A stretch of DNA of 62,185 nt, counting the filler, from Choristocarpus tenellus KU-1152 (Eukaryota; Protista; Phaeophyceae), in NCBI GenBank assembly GCA_964200185.2. It is 5 parts of 5 records of this genome, joined end to end, with 100 filler letters (N's around TTAATTAATTAA, not from the genome) between each part and the next. Parts side by side here need not be neighbours in the genome. Positions count along the whole stretch, not along the records: positions 1 to 16,590 come from CAXNAD020000807.1; 4 more parts are not named here. One strand, 5' to 3'. The notes beneath the pieces were generated by a model that did no database searches, was not told the origin of the DNA, and saw only the letters and a program-made list of their open reading frames with translations. A program made the translations under genes and the position numbers. Below, piece by piece: positions 1 through 12,800 of the stretch; positions within the stretch are counted from its first letter, which is position 1, and each line of letters starts with the position of its first letter.

Positions 1-14
1 TAATGTGGTGGGGG

Positions 15-45
<31 letters not shown>

Positions 46-898
46 TCTACACCAGGGTGTCCATTCGGGTCCCGACCAGGAGAAGTGCACTTACATTATC
101 CATCCGATGAATGCAACCAATCAACCAAGAATTGCGACATGGAAAAATGGGCCCTGAATGGACAGCCACCACCTCACCCAGATACTTTGACGCATAATGA
201 GGAGTACATAGAAGTAACAAGGAGTAAAATGATCTTTCACAATACCTGCCAACATTGCAAGAAGCCATAGGGCAAAAATGGTCCGGAGCTATATGATCTA
301 CCTAGCACAGACTGTATTGCAAATTGAGTGCACTTCAATACAGTGCGTTTTGCCCTTCATACAATAATGGTTTTAGTCAACAGTTGAGGTACAAAACAGG
401 TCAGAGGGTGCTGAGATCATGTGCCAATTCCGAGCTGAATTTGACACCTGTGGGACAACAACAGTAGGTTGTGTTTGTGATTTGTTCGATCCAATTCTGG
501 ACAAGGTACGTGCCAGTAATATATTACTAATAAATGCAGTACTGTAGTTGGCAAGTAGTGACATCACAAGAAAGGGTTGACCCAAGAGGCCAATGAAGTA
601 AGCAAATCCTGTGGACCGATTTCCTCCACATGGCCGCTTCAAAGGACATAGGTAATTTGATCAAGTAGTCAACTCGCTTGTGTGCAGTTTCAAAAATAAT
701 ACATCTCATATTGATGCTTCTATGACTTCATCATCATTTTCTTCTGGCACAAGTCCTTCAAGGTGTCTTCCATCACCCTTGGTCAAGGTTGGTTTCCATT
801 ACACTGTTTTGAAATACTAGAAAGCAGAATCTCTTCAAAGATATTTTAACTCCAACCTGGGTTATACCAACTTGCAGAGGAAACGACAAAAATCGGAC

Positions 899-3800
899 CT
901 TGCCATTCTTGCATCTCCAGTGTGTGTCTGTCTCCCTCTTCTTCTTAGGATCAGACTCTAGCCAGAATCGGCAGTATAGATCCCTCAGTCCAGAAAAGTC
1001 ATCCGCCGCTACAACATCCTCACTCCGCCAACACACAATCCGTACTTCCACCTGATCACAGGGGAGGGTATAATATCGTGGTTGAGGGGAGGAACCTGAT
1101 CAAGGGATCTTAAGAGCTGGCCATGAAGGAAAAAAGATGCATGCTAAGGGTATCACCTTCATTTATAGTTGCATGACACTTAAATGCAAAGTATATGCCA
1201 GGGAGTGCTCTTCCATGATCATTCCTCTTGGTGGCAACACTCTTGTTTCCGCATCTACACTAGAGTGAAAGTATTCTAGGGGGTACAAGTTTGCCCTGTT
1301 TGTCCGTTTGGGCCTTGAATTCCCATGGGGGTTTTTATTGCACTTTCCTAATCGAAAATATATCGGAGTAGGTAAAATGTAGACGTTATGAAATGGTGTG
1401 TCTGGAATAAGGATATAGCCAAAATTACATCAAAATCGCAACATTGGATTGTGGCCCCCAAATGGACGCGGCTCTACCCTCTAAGATAATTTGTCTCACT
1501 ATGAAAGTGACTGTCTGCCCGTCTTTACAATGTCAGGAGCTTGACTGTTCTTACCTCTCCTACCTACCTCGCATCCTACACTAATCACCTATAGTTCTCT
1601 CGGGGATGGCCAAAACTCACCATAAGAGGGGTGGGGGCCTCAAAGGCCACCATAGGGTACTTCCGGGCCTCAGGAAGGGTTAAGATGTCGAGCCAGACTT
1701 CGATCTGGTTCGAGGGTAGGAATTTACACAAATTTCAGTTCAAGTATGTGTGACAAAAAGGGGATGAAGAAAAGTGAGGTTGGAAGGGTGGAAGGGAATA
1801 GCACTGCTTTCTTTCTGCATAGAAGGTAACAATTATTGAGGGGGACAGGCCAACAACAAGTCAAACAAATGCACAAATGCACACATCAAGCTTCTATTCA
1901 ATACCTACTCCCTGAAGTCTTCCCTCTCCGTGCTTTTCCGCTAAGCATGTGGCATTCGCACCGCCTGCACAGTTTAATCCAAGTACTCGAAATGGATGCA
2001 AATCATTGCATAGTTACCTCTCCACCCCTTGCTTACCCTCCCCAACATATCTACCTGCCCCTGTGGGCTGCTGCTCAAGGGTATGTTGAGGTCCCTAAAC
2101 TCGAGGGGCTTGAATGGTCCCCTCTCCTCTCTGTGCTCCAGTGCAAAGGAATCTTGCTCCTCTATGTCATGCCATGCGCAACTGAACCAGCGGTCCTCAA
2201 GGTCAATTACAGTTTGACCAATCAGTTCATCAGCCCCGAAGCGGTCATGGTCATACACCTGCATGCCAAGGTTAAAAATAGTAGTTACATACTTCCGAGA
2301 GACATGGGTGGGACAGAATCAAAGTGGAAAGGGAGCACAGATATGGATACTAAAATGTGTGTGAGAGCTAGGATTGGTGCAAGGCAAGAGTTGTTAGGGC
2401 GAATGAAAAAAAATGTGTTTCGGAGGGTATGGTACATTGCAGGGAGTACAGTGAGGGAGCACACGATAATAAATCAATTGGGACTGGTTGGCTTGCCTTG
2501 AGTCTGAGCAATGATTCCCCTGGAATGGTGACCTGGAACTCGAAGCAGCGGAAAAAATCTGGGTTGAGGGTCTTTTTCTGAATGTTCTTTTTGTCTTTGC
2601 CATCATCCACCCGGTACTTTCCCACCTCCAATGCCAATATGATCAGGTTGGAGCGGTGATATTCGGGAAGGGTTTTGTGAGCAGTTGTGCAGCTGAAAGG
2701 TTGGAGGCAGGGGGTAATCGGGTGGTAGATCAAAAGTTACAATCTTATTTATGCTACTGTTTGAGAGAGTTCAATTCCAAAGGCGATGGATCATTGGTCA
2801 AAGTTGGGTGGATGAAGTCAAGGTGACATTCTGGTGTTTCTGTGGACCCTCTACTTCATCAATGTTTAGATCTCCTTGCAGTACAATTTCATGCTGAACA
2901 TGCTAATGCACTCTGCTGTAGAAAATCTCGTGGGTTTGTGAAGGAGATAAAAAGCCAAAAATAAAAGCTGTATGCTTCTCAGAAGTACTCAAGATATGCC
3001 GAGTACCCAGTAAGTACTTATTTACAGCCTTAGAGGGTCAGTGTTGACGAAGCATCCAAAGAGTTCAAACAGGAGGTACAAGGGAAAACTCTGAAATATT
3101 TTCTGCAAGAGGGCACCTCTATCAACTGCTTTATGTTAGGTTGCCATCTCGTTCGCTCAGAGGTTCCCATCAGTCCCACTGTACTCACTACACTGCCCTT
3201 TCAACCATGTAAGGCATCTTGTGAACCACTTACAAGAACCAACAATGCCTGAGTGGAACAACACAAGGGTCCACTGGTTCGCCTACCACCAAGAATAAGT
3301 GTATGGGAACCCTCCATTCTCAGCTTTGTACCCCTCACTATTGTGGTGAAACCGTTGCCCGACCTTATCCCAAGAGTTGTGAAGGCACCATGCTTCATTG
3401 CACAGCACATTTTCTTGGTGTTTGAGGGGGTGCCCTGACTAAGCAAATTGCGATTTTGATGAGATAGTGGCAACCATAAACTCTAATGAAGCGAGATAAG
3501 GTTGGCCCTCAGTTTTTTTTACGGGAAGTTGGAAGAGCTCTACTGCATTCGCATTTTCAATTATGAAACCAGGGAGAAGCGAGACAATGGTGGAAACATG
3601 GTCACCGTATCACAGCTCATAGACACTTGAGTGGGGGAGTATTGTCCTTGCTTGTGTTTACCGTCTACCCTTCGTTTGCCTCTTTGTACTGACTCACCCC
3701 AAGGACTACTGCAACCTGTACAGTGCTTGAAAACTTGTACAGAAAACGTTGCACACGTCTAAACAACCATACTTCACGATTCAGTACACCCAAAACTCAC

Positions 3801-6800
3801 CGGTTATTGTCCCACTGTGTACCCCTCACCTTGAAACGAAGATAGGGATCGGCAAGGCCATTTTGGTCCTTGGGTTGTAGGTGAAGGGCCCTGACCACAT
3901 AGAGACGGCAGCAATACTGCCTAGGTGTTCTGAGGAGACGCATGTCAACAAAATCACTCCGGGCAAGGTCTGGAGCATGCTCGGATACGATGATCAAACC
4001 CTTCAGGATGCCAACCTATCGGAGTTCAGATGAGGACAAGTGAATGATCAGGTGATATTGCACCACAAGAACGTGTACCAATTAGAGGTATCAGGGCATG
4101 GGCGGTTGTTCCAATTAGGGCAGTTGCTATTTTTAGGGGTGGATGGAGCGTCAAAAGTGGTAGAAACAGGAGGTGCAGGAGGTGCAGGAGTTGCAGGAGG
4201 TACAAGGTCTGTTTGAAGGAGAAGGAATAAGCAAACTTAAGATTATGATGAAAGTAAGTGTGCATTAGCACTGTTGCCCTCATACCATGTATTGGGCAGT
4301 GGCAAGATAGATGCACACACAGGCACACAATATTGAGAGCGTCGATATAGAAGCGAATTGAGTCATCCATGCTCTATTATAACCAAGGGAAAGTCATAGG
4401 TTGTGAAAAAGGATCTTGTCGATAAAATAGTTTTGCAGAACTACAAGAGGTAGTTGAGATTAGTCAAGTGTTTATTTTCTAATCTTGGCACAAAATACAA
4501 TAGGGATGGGAAAAGGTTGTTGTTTGTAGAAAAAGTGAATCCTTCATGTCTACATCTACTAGGAGTTGTTGTGATACTACACTTGGTGTTCTAGCAGCTG
4601 CAGACTCAAAACATGTATTGAGTCAAATGTTCTAGGGGGGGAGGGGATTTGGGCCATTTTGATCAAAAGGGGTGTATAAAATGTTGTGCGTAACACTCCA
4701 TTTCCATTACCCAAATGCAGGAAGCCCCCACCCGGAGTCTTTGGATATAGAAGGTGCGTCCAGATCAAGGGAATTGCCTTTTGCTGGATACACAATCACA
4801 CACGTAACATCAACTCAGGAGAAGGCAGACATAAAGGTCCCTAATGGTCAACGATACTCCCCTCTAGGATACCTTGGCCCATTGCATGTACAAAATGCAG
4901 AAAGATATTGAAGATTTTCGCAGCAAAGAGATAAGATCAACATTGATTATAGTGCTCTTTGGTCTCTCAAGTCTCTAGTGGCCGCATCACCTCTCTACAA
5001 TTCTACCAACTTCTAGAAATTATTCTAGATTATACACCATTCCCTTCCTCCTTGAGTGAAGTAACTGTGTACCTCCCTAGTCAGCAATTGAAGGACGCTG
5101 ATTATTTTTCGAAGGCATCGTTTTTCATATCTTTTTTGTCTCCTACATTTTCCATTTAGAGCCAGGACAGTAGTGCATCCACTGCATCTGAACCAAAGGA
5201 AGCTCTGATGCAAGTTTCGTGAGTTCTTAACCCCTCTACATAGCGCAAGAGCATCAAAGCGCCCTATAATATATTTGACCCTACCCAAGGGCACTCAAGC
5301 AAGCAACACTCATTGGGACTTTCAGCTGTCTCTGCGGTGATTGGTACTATGGTGAAAGATAAATGGGAGATGCATAGTTCATGTTCATGGGGAGGGAGGA
5401 GTAAAATGTGCATCTCGGAAGGAAAAAGAAGTCAAGGGGAACAATCTCTGCACCCTGCGATGAGACCTCTGCCGTCCGATTCGCAATCCTCCCTTGAACT
5501 TTTCTGCTCCCAGGAAAAGGGGGTAGTTCTCAAACGGTGCTGTTCGTAGGAAATTTTCTATCTCATTGCCTCCCTTGTCCTGGTTGATCCACCTAGTGGT
5601 ATGGGCAAAGGTAAGGACAGCAGAGGTGGAGAGGGAGGAACAGGCATTACAATCGGTCTACTAGTAGTGAGAACTTGAGGAATTGATTCAGTGCAAAGGT
5701 GCATTGTCGGTACTTGAGAGAGAGAGAGTGAAAGTATCTTAGAGGGTACGAGTTTTGCCCTGTTTGTTCATTTGGGGCTTGTCTTCCCACGTGTTTATTA
5801 ATGTCTTTTTCCTACTCCAAAATGTTTCGCAGTAGGTAAAATATATACGTTATGACAAGGTGCGTCCAAAACAAGGATATTGACACTTACTGTCAAACAC
5901 GATAGCCAAAATTACATCCAGATCGCAATATTGGATATTGACCCCCAAATGGACACGGCCCTACCCTCTAAGATACTTTGGCTCAGAGAGAGGTTTGGAG
6001 AAGTATGCACAAGAGTTGCAAGAGGCTTTGATAATATGGGAAATATATGCTGAGGCCACAAGTACCCCTTTTCTAGGATTAGGAAGGTTGGCTCATGCGC
6101 CTTACAATAATGGAGAAGAGGAGCAAGAATTACACAGTATTATTGATGTTAAAGATCAAGAAATATATATATATATATATATTAGTCTAATATGTATTTA
6201 TGGGAAGAAAGTTTTAAAGGAATGGTGTAATTGGCTAGATATTTACAATAGTAGCGAGTCAACACAAAACGTTGCCTGAAGATGTTGTGTCTGCCTGGAG
6301 ATTAAACTGTAGAACACCGATAGGCTCTGCGCCACAGTGAAAAAACAAAATTAGTGCCTTGGACACATTTCATGTGTTGTCCATAACATTCTACTGTATC
6401 AAGGAAGGCATGGAGATAGTGACCTGCAATTTGAATATGCTCTGCGAGTGAGGAGTGTTGTAGGGGTACGACAGGAAGGGAAGGGATCATTGAGATTGCG
6501 ATGTACAACTCAGGATCATTATCTGTTTTCGCCTAGTTCTTGGGAGGGATGTATGTTGGAAACTTCCTTGCTGTCCTTCTTGTTCGCACATAGACGAACA
6601 AATCAGAAGGTTGAGTAGGTGCTTCTTTCAGAACGAAAACGGCCAAAACATTGCCGTGAAAATAGATCGGATCTCCATTTTTGGGATCGCCTTTTCCAGA
6701 AAAAGTTGGACCTCTTGTGTCGAGAACTTCTTATCTAAGAATAGAGTGAAGGGGAATTGTGGATGCAAGGCCAACTTTGTAGCGCCTACTTTTGTTTTGC

Positions 6801-9800
6801 CTCCGTGAGAGTGATCAACTTCAACCGATTCATTGAAGGAATTGCCTGCGAGGAACTGTGTGGGTGGCAGTACATACCAATTGCGACCTTCCAAGAACTC
6901 ACTGCTCGCCCACTCCTTTGGGAAATCTATCCCCAGCTCCTCCAACGTCCAGTTTTCCTCCTCGTGGAGGTCAAGGTCTCCAAGGATCTTGGGACATAGT
7001 ATGTTGACACGTAGTGAATGAAGGGAAGGGGAGGGGGGAAGGAGGGCGGAGCAAGGTGAACATGCATACATCATTCCGTGAGGGAGAGAAGTGAGTACCT
7101 AAACTAGTAGTCTGAGCCAGGGGAGTCTCTTGAACCCCTCCTCGATTCTATTTTGCAAAACATACTTCTATGGACAAAAGCAATTTGGAATGACTCGATA
7201 TATTGGGAAACGGTTCTTTGCTTTGGACACTGAGTCAAAGTAAACAAGAAATGCCCAACCGCTCTGTGTTTCGAGACAGTTTATCAATCAGTGGCAATTT
7301 ACCCATTTTTCCATGGATAAGTGCTAAGCTTGACTTGAGAGCATTGATTTCTCTATTGTTCAAAAAAATTCTAAACATGTCTGTAAAAAATGTCGAATTT
7401 TGGACATATTTGTTAGCATTCCTTAAAATGTAGCTCTGGGCACCTCTCGTTTACTTTTACTTTGACTTGCTGCACACCAGATCTCGTCCTCTCCCAGGAA
7501 TTGCCTTTCTGATTCAAACTAACAGAGCGTGTAAGTAAAAGACATCGTTTTGCCACCACCCTTGGCCTCAATATTTTCCTCCCCCCTCCCCACCAGCTTC
7601 CATCTGGCGTCCAAGTCCAAACATTTCCCATACCAGTATGATCTTCTCACCTTGCCACCCCCTTTAAAGAGCTCTTCATACCATAGTGTTGTAGTAGCTT
7701 TGTTCTGCCTCCGGCCTAAGTCATCCCGATGTGGCCTCTTCTTGGTCATTGAAGCATGCCCCCAAGCTCTTTCCTTGTCCCCATCTGACCTCAATCTTGT
7801 GTCAGCCTAGTTCAAATGGGTCAGCAACATTGAATTTTGGCATGAAAAAGCTTGTAGTAAGTGAAGCGAATAAGGTGGCGAGTTGAATGCACCTTATTCA
7901 ACGGGTAAAAGCATCTCAGAGAGCAGGGTCGCATCCGTTTGGGGTCATAAATCCAATGTCATGATTTTGATGAATTTCCACTATCGTCTTTGTTAGCAAG
8001 TGTCAATACCCTTGCTCCGGACACACCTTTCACAGTCTTACACATTTCTAGGTAACTGTGTCAACACAGAAAACCGAAAAGAGCATTAAAAAACCGTGGG
8101 AAATCACGCCCCAACCAACAAACAGGGAAAACCTCCTACCCTTAAATACCTTGGGTCAATCCTTCTGGCAAAACTATATTTTTCTGTTTGGTGCTTAGCA
8201 TTCTCTTTCTGTACTACGCCTATTGAAATTACTCAGTCCAGCCCTTAAGTTGGTGTACACTGAAAGTGATTGGAGATACTGGACTACTCAAGTTAGGGGA
8301 TAGCAGATCCTGGGGGTAGGGTGGATCATCAAGCTTACAGAGGGAATATGTTGCATGGCACCCGAAAAGTCATATTAGTTGCCAATATGTATCGGTTACG
8401 GATCTCTCCTTAGCTGGATATGAAGACATGTTGCTCCAAATGTAGGCAGCAATCCAACAACCGACACATATGCCTTCCCTACCCATAGTAATCATTCACT
8501 TGTAATGGGCAAAAATAATCTCCAGACTGACCACTCCACGCATTCTTTGCCCTCCTCTTCCTGTGCCGTTAATCCATCGGCAAATGATGGTATTGGTATA
8601 ATTTGCATGTGTCAGGAGAAAATACACCTAAAGTACAGCATTTCCGACTTTTTCACTATGTACCTTTCATGCTCACTTCGATATGGACAGCATACAGCAT
8701 GCAATACAATGGCTGCATCTGGCCTTCCTGAATTTCTTCTTGCATACCCTCCCCACATCCTTCAGACCTCAGTAGAATTTGAGTCAAGGATCAGTCCCCC
8801 CTACCCCCATCGTGCACTGAATGTCTACCACATAGTTGCAGCCCCATGGACATCTTCTCACCCCCTCTTTGAATGCCAGATCTTCCTCCACTGGTGGAAG
8901 CTCAAATGTATGTCCCGCCCCTGTTGGTCCAATGGCCCCCACACCAAAGTTCGTAGGCCTCTGCTGCCTCACCCGTGCCCGATCATCCAACCTCTCCTCA
9001 TATCCTCCAGCTGTTCTTTCTTTACTGCCCCCACCACCAACTGCATCACTACCCCTCGATATGTTTCCAAAATCCCCATCATCAGCCCCAGCCCTTCGCT
9101 TTGGAGTCCTGAGGAGCATTGACCCTCCCAATCTCCTCCCCGCCTTACCTTTTCTCCCCATCCCATTCCTAACCCCATCCACGGCTTCGCTACTACTAAC
9201 CTCATCCTCCTCCTTCACTCCCCTCTCAGTGACCATGTGAGTCATACACTCGTTTTCTAGATGCAGAGGTTGTTCAGCGGCACTACCTTCAGAGCCATCT
9301 CTTTGCCTTGCGACACCCTCATTGCCACTTTTTGGTTCCTCCCACCCACCCTGAGCATCATTGACCTCCACCTCCTCATCCTGGTCTTCATCTTCTTCCT
9401 CCTCTGTCTGCACATCTCCATCTCCCTCAGATGTATTTTCCTGGCCCTCCATGATTGATACTTCTTCCTTCAAGACACCTTGGAATGGTTGTGACTGTGT
9501 GTGGAGGGTGGGGGGGCTGTTGAAATCGGGAATGGGAGACTAAGTTTTGTGCTACTTAAGAAAGTTCAAATTCAGGGAACTCCAACACAGAATTACTATT
9601 CCAAGACCACTTCAAAGTGTTTGCTTTTATTTTGTTTGCATCTGCTGCTGCCATCAAATACACCATAAATCTACAGATTTTTTGTATGCTCAGAGCTGTA
9701 CTACTTGAATGGCATACAGATGGGATGCGGGGCACAATGCCCAACACCGATGTGAACGCTTGGAATATGGTGAGTCTGTGTCTTCCTTGTTCATGGAAAC

Positions 9801-12800
9801 AATCAGAGATCCTTGAGACAATGGTTCCAAATAACACCTTGTCAAGTTCTGCGAGTGATTCTATGGGTGGGTATCCCTCAGTCCATTATCCGCAGGAACT
9901 CACCTGAGGAGGTGAATAGCTGGCATCATTCCATGGCATCTTATTGGCCAGATTGACACTACAGGTACCCACTAGAGCACTCTTGATGCCAGGCAACCGC
10001 TTGTCAAATACCTTGTTCCCAGTTTTTCCAAAAACAGGAAGGGGAGGATGGAGATTGACTAGAATGAGGAAGGAACAAAAAAAAAAACTATTTTGCGTGT
10101 ACGCGCTTACACCTGTTCAAATGCTAAAGCATGGAAGTGACAAGGTGGGCAGGGCAGGGACACGAACGTTAGCGGCCTGCCTAGACCTCTGACCAGTCCA
10201 TTTTTCCTGTCTTGCTTCATACCCAGAGAGTAAGCACAATCCCCGTAAGTGTTTGTTGATCCTGGCAGTCGGTCAGTACCTCAAAACAAGTTCAGTACCC
10301 CGTACACGGGCGTGTGGACTACTTCGTAGTAGGTGCTGCTTGGGACATGGTCTTCTTAGATCAACAAAGGAGAAAAGAGGAAAGTGATACATTTTGTACG
10401 CTCAAGACATGTAAACCTACCACTGTGACGTGGCACTTTCTGCAACCTGAGTGAGCATCTAAAAACGTGGTATTGCCGCAGCCAGAATATCGAATCCCTA
10501 ACCCTTAAGAACATTCCACCATTGCGTGCGATGTACATAGGAAAAAAAAATTACACATGCTTACAAGTGCTTCGAAGAATCACAACAAGTCACCGCTCTC
10601 CAGGCCTTTCCTAGACTCTCTTCAGCCTTGGTGACAAATCATGCCAATACCTTCATATTAGTCCTTCGCTTTCCTTTGTGCAAGTACCTTGATCGTAAGA
10701 ACTGGGGCAAAGAGAGGGTTTTCTGGAAGAAGAACCGTGCATACTTTGCGCTCAAGGAAGTTTGCATTTTTTCCGGTGGGAAACTTGGATGCCTTCGTGG
10801 TGAAGGAAACGCGCTCTCCTCCTGCTGTCATCTCGAATTGGACATAGGGCTGGGATACATTCTGAGGGCATTGGCAGCAGAAGAACAGAAGGGCGGGGAG
10901 AAGGGATAACTTGAAGTGTTATAACTGGGGGATGGGCATATCCCCAAACAAGCTAATGTCTAATATCACAGACTGAGCCAGACATTTACTTCACACAATA
11001 AGAATACTTCAGGAAAAGCGTTGCTATGCTTAAGTTGTGTTTCGGTTGAATCTGTACAAGTTGGTACAGGTTCCTTGCGAAGGGAACCGAATTAATTGAG
11101 AGGAGTTCACCCTTTGGCCATTTTTCATTCTTAGCAATTTTTCAATCTTTTGCAATTCACCCACATATTTTTTCAGAGGAAGCGCTAAATTTGACTCGAG
11201 AGGGTTGATTCCTCTTCTGGTTTTTAAAATTTGGACCCAATTCACGAAATATGCTTACACACATTTGTAACAAAAGTCAAGTATTGCACGACGTATTTGC
11301 CAGCATCCTTCAAATGCAACTCTGGTACCTCTCGTTTACTTTGAGTCAAGCCACCAACCAAAGCATGACCTCATTTTGCAGCACAGGCCTCCACGAAGTG
11401 CTGGAAATCGCCGGTCCTCCAATTACCAGGTCCACCATTGTCTTTCATCAACCATGCATTTGTTTAGTTTGATGTACTAGGAGAACTCAGAAAATTCTTA
11501 CATTTTCAAGACTTTCCCTTACACTACTTGACAGTGTCATTGAATTCAACAATTCCTACTTCTTCTTACCTGGAAGCCAAAGGGCTTGTGATCCCTCACA
11601 CCAATAGTGATCACCTCTAAATATGTGTACACTACACTTGACAGTGTCATTGAATTCAACAACTCCCAATTCTTCTTACCTGGAAGCCAAAGGGCTTGAG
11701 ATCCCTCACACCATTAGTGACCACCTCTAAATATGCGTACACTACTTGACAGTGTCATTGAATTCAACAACTCCTACCTCTTCTTACCTGGAAGCCAAAG
11801 GGCTTGAGATCCCTCACACCAATAGTGACCACCTCTAAATAAGCTGTTCGGAACTTGGGGATGATGTTAGGTGCCCTCGGAAACTTGTCATAAGTATTGC
11901 GCTTCTTGATGAGCTGGATTGGGAACAGTGGTTGAATTTTAGAGCCCTCAGGGGAGGTGTAAGAGGCACGGTGGAAAATAAATTTGTGATGGATTCAGAG
12001 AGTGTGGGGTGGGCAATGGAGAGTATTTGACTTCCAATGCGGTTGAATATGTGACGCAGAACTTGGTTATTAGCAATGAAAGGAGATATGATCGTATCCT
12101 GTACCCTCTAACTTAGGACTGGAGAGTGAAAGGTTGGAAACAAGGTCAGGTACAGCTCTTGTTTCTGGGGGGGGAAGCACTATCCTCAAGGTATATTATC
12201 TCCAACGTGTACGCGACGAGACTACATGTACAAAGGTGAATGTATATGTGTATTGCAAACATAGTTCTACATGTGGACTAGATATATGTGGATCCTCATT
12301 TGCCCCAGTTATGATCTTTTGCTGATATCCCATTAGTTTTGCAAACCCTAAACGATCAAGAAAGAACATCTGACTCAAGTGTGAGAAACTCCCTGACGAT
12401 CTCAAAACGAATCTGCCCGGATTTGTGTTGAATAGATGTTCCAGTGTATTAAGGATGTGTTGCGTACAATTGAGCTCCATTATACTACTCTAATTTCTCC
12501 TCAACTAGTGGTAAGGCGTTGTCTCCCAGGAGTGGACTATTGTAGTGGGATTTATGCCATCCGTGAACACCTGGACCTGTGCATTCCATGAGGTTGCATT
12601 GAAATTGAAGTATTATAGTAGGAGTTGGGCAGAGGCTACAACATACATTTCAAGGGTGTATAAGTAGGAGGCGTAAATGGTGGTGAAGTCTGGGGTCAGA
12701 TTGAGGATCAGTGTATAACCTGCAAAAGAGTTCAGCTAGCGTAAGAGGATATGCATCCGACCTGGAAATTGGCTGAGGATCGAGGATTGGGCTGATAGCC

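Noticed and set aside
1-46. Poly-G run as a G-quadruplex element
   Set aside because: It lies at the window edge and may be a sequencing artefact or a simple repeat.
1836-2501. 221-aa plus-strand ORF, and other long antisense ORFs such as 8505-9122 and 14101-14448
   Set aside because: Shadows of minus-strand ferlin exons, with no recognisable motifs.
11520-11841. CRISPR-like array
   Set aside because: Whole ~109-bp units repeat with no unique spacers and there are no cas genes. It is a tandem duplication in a eukaryotic gene.
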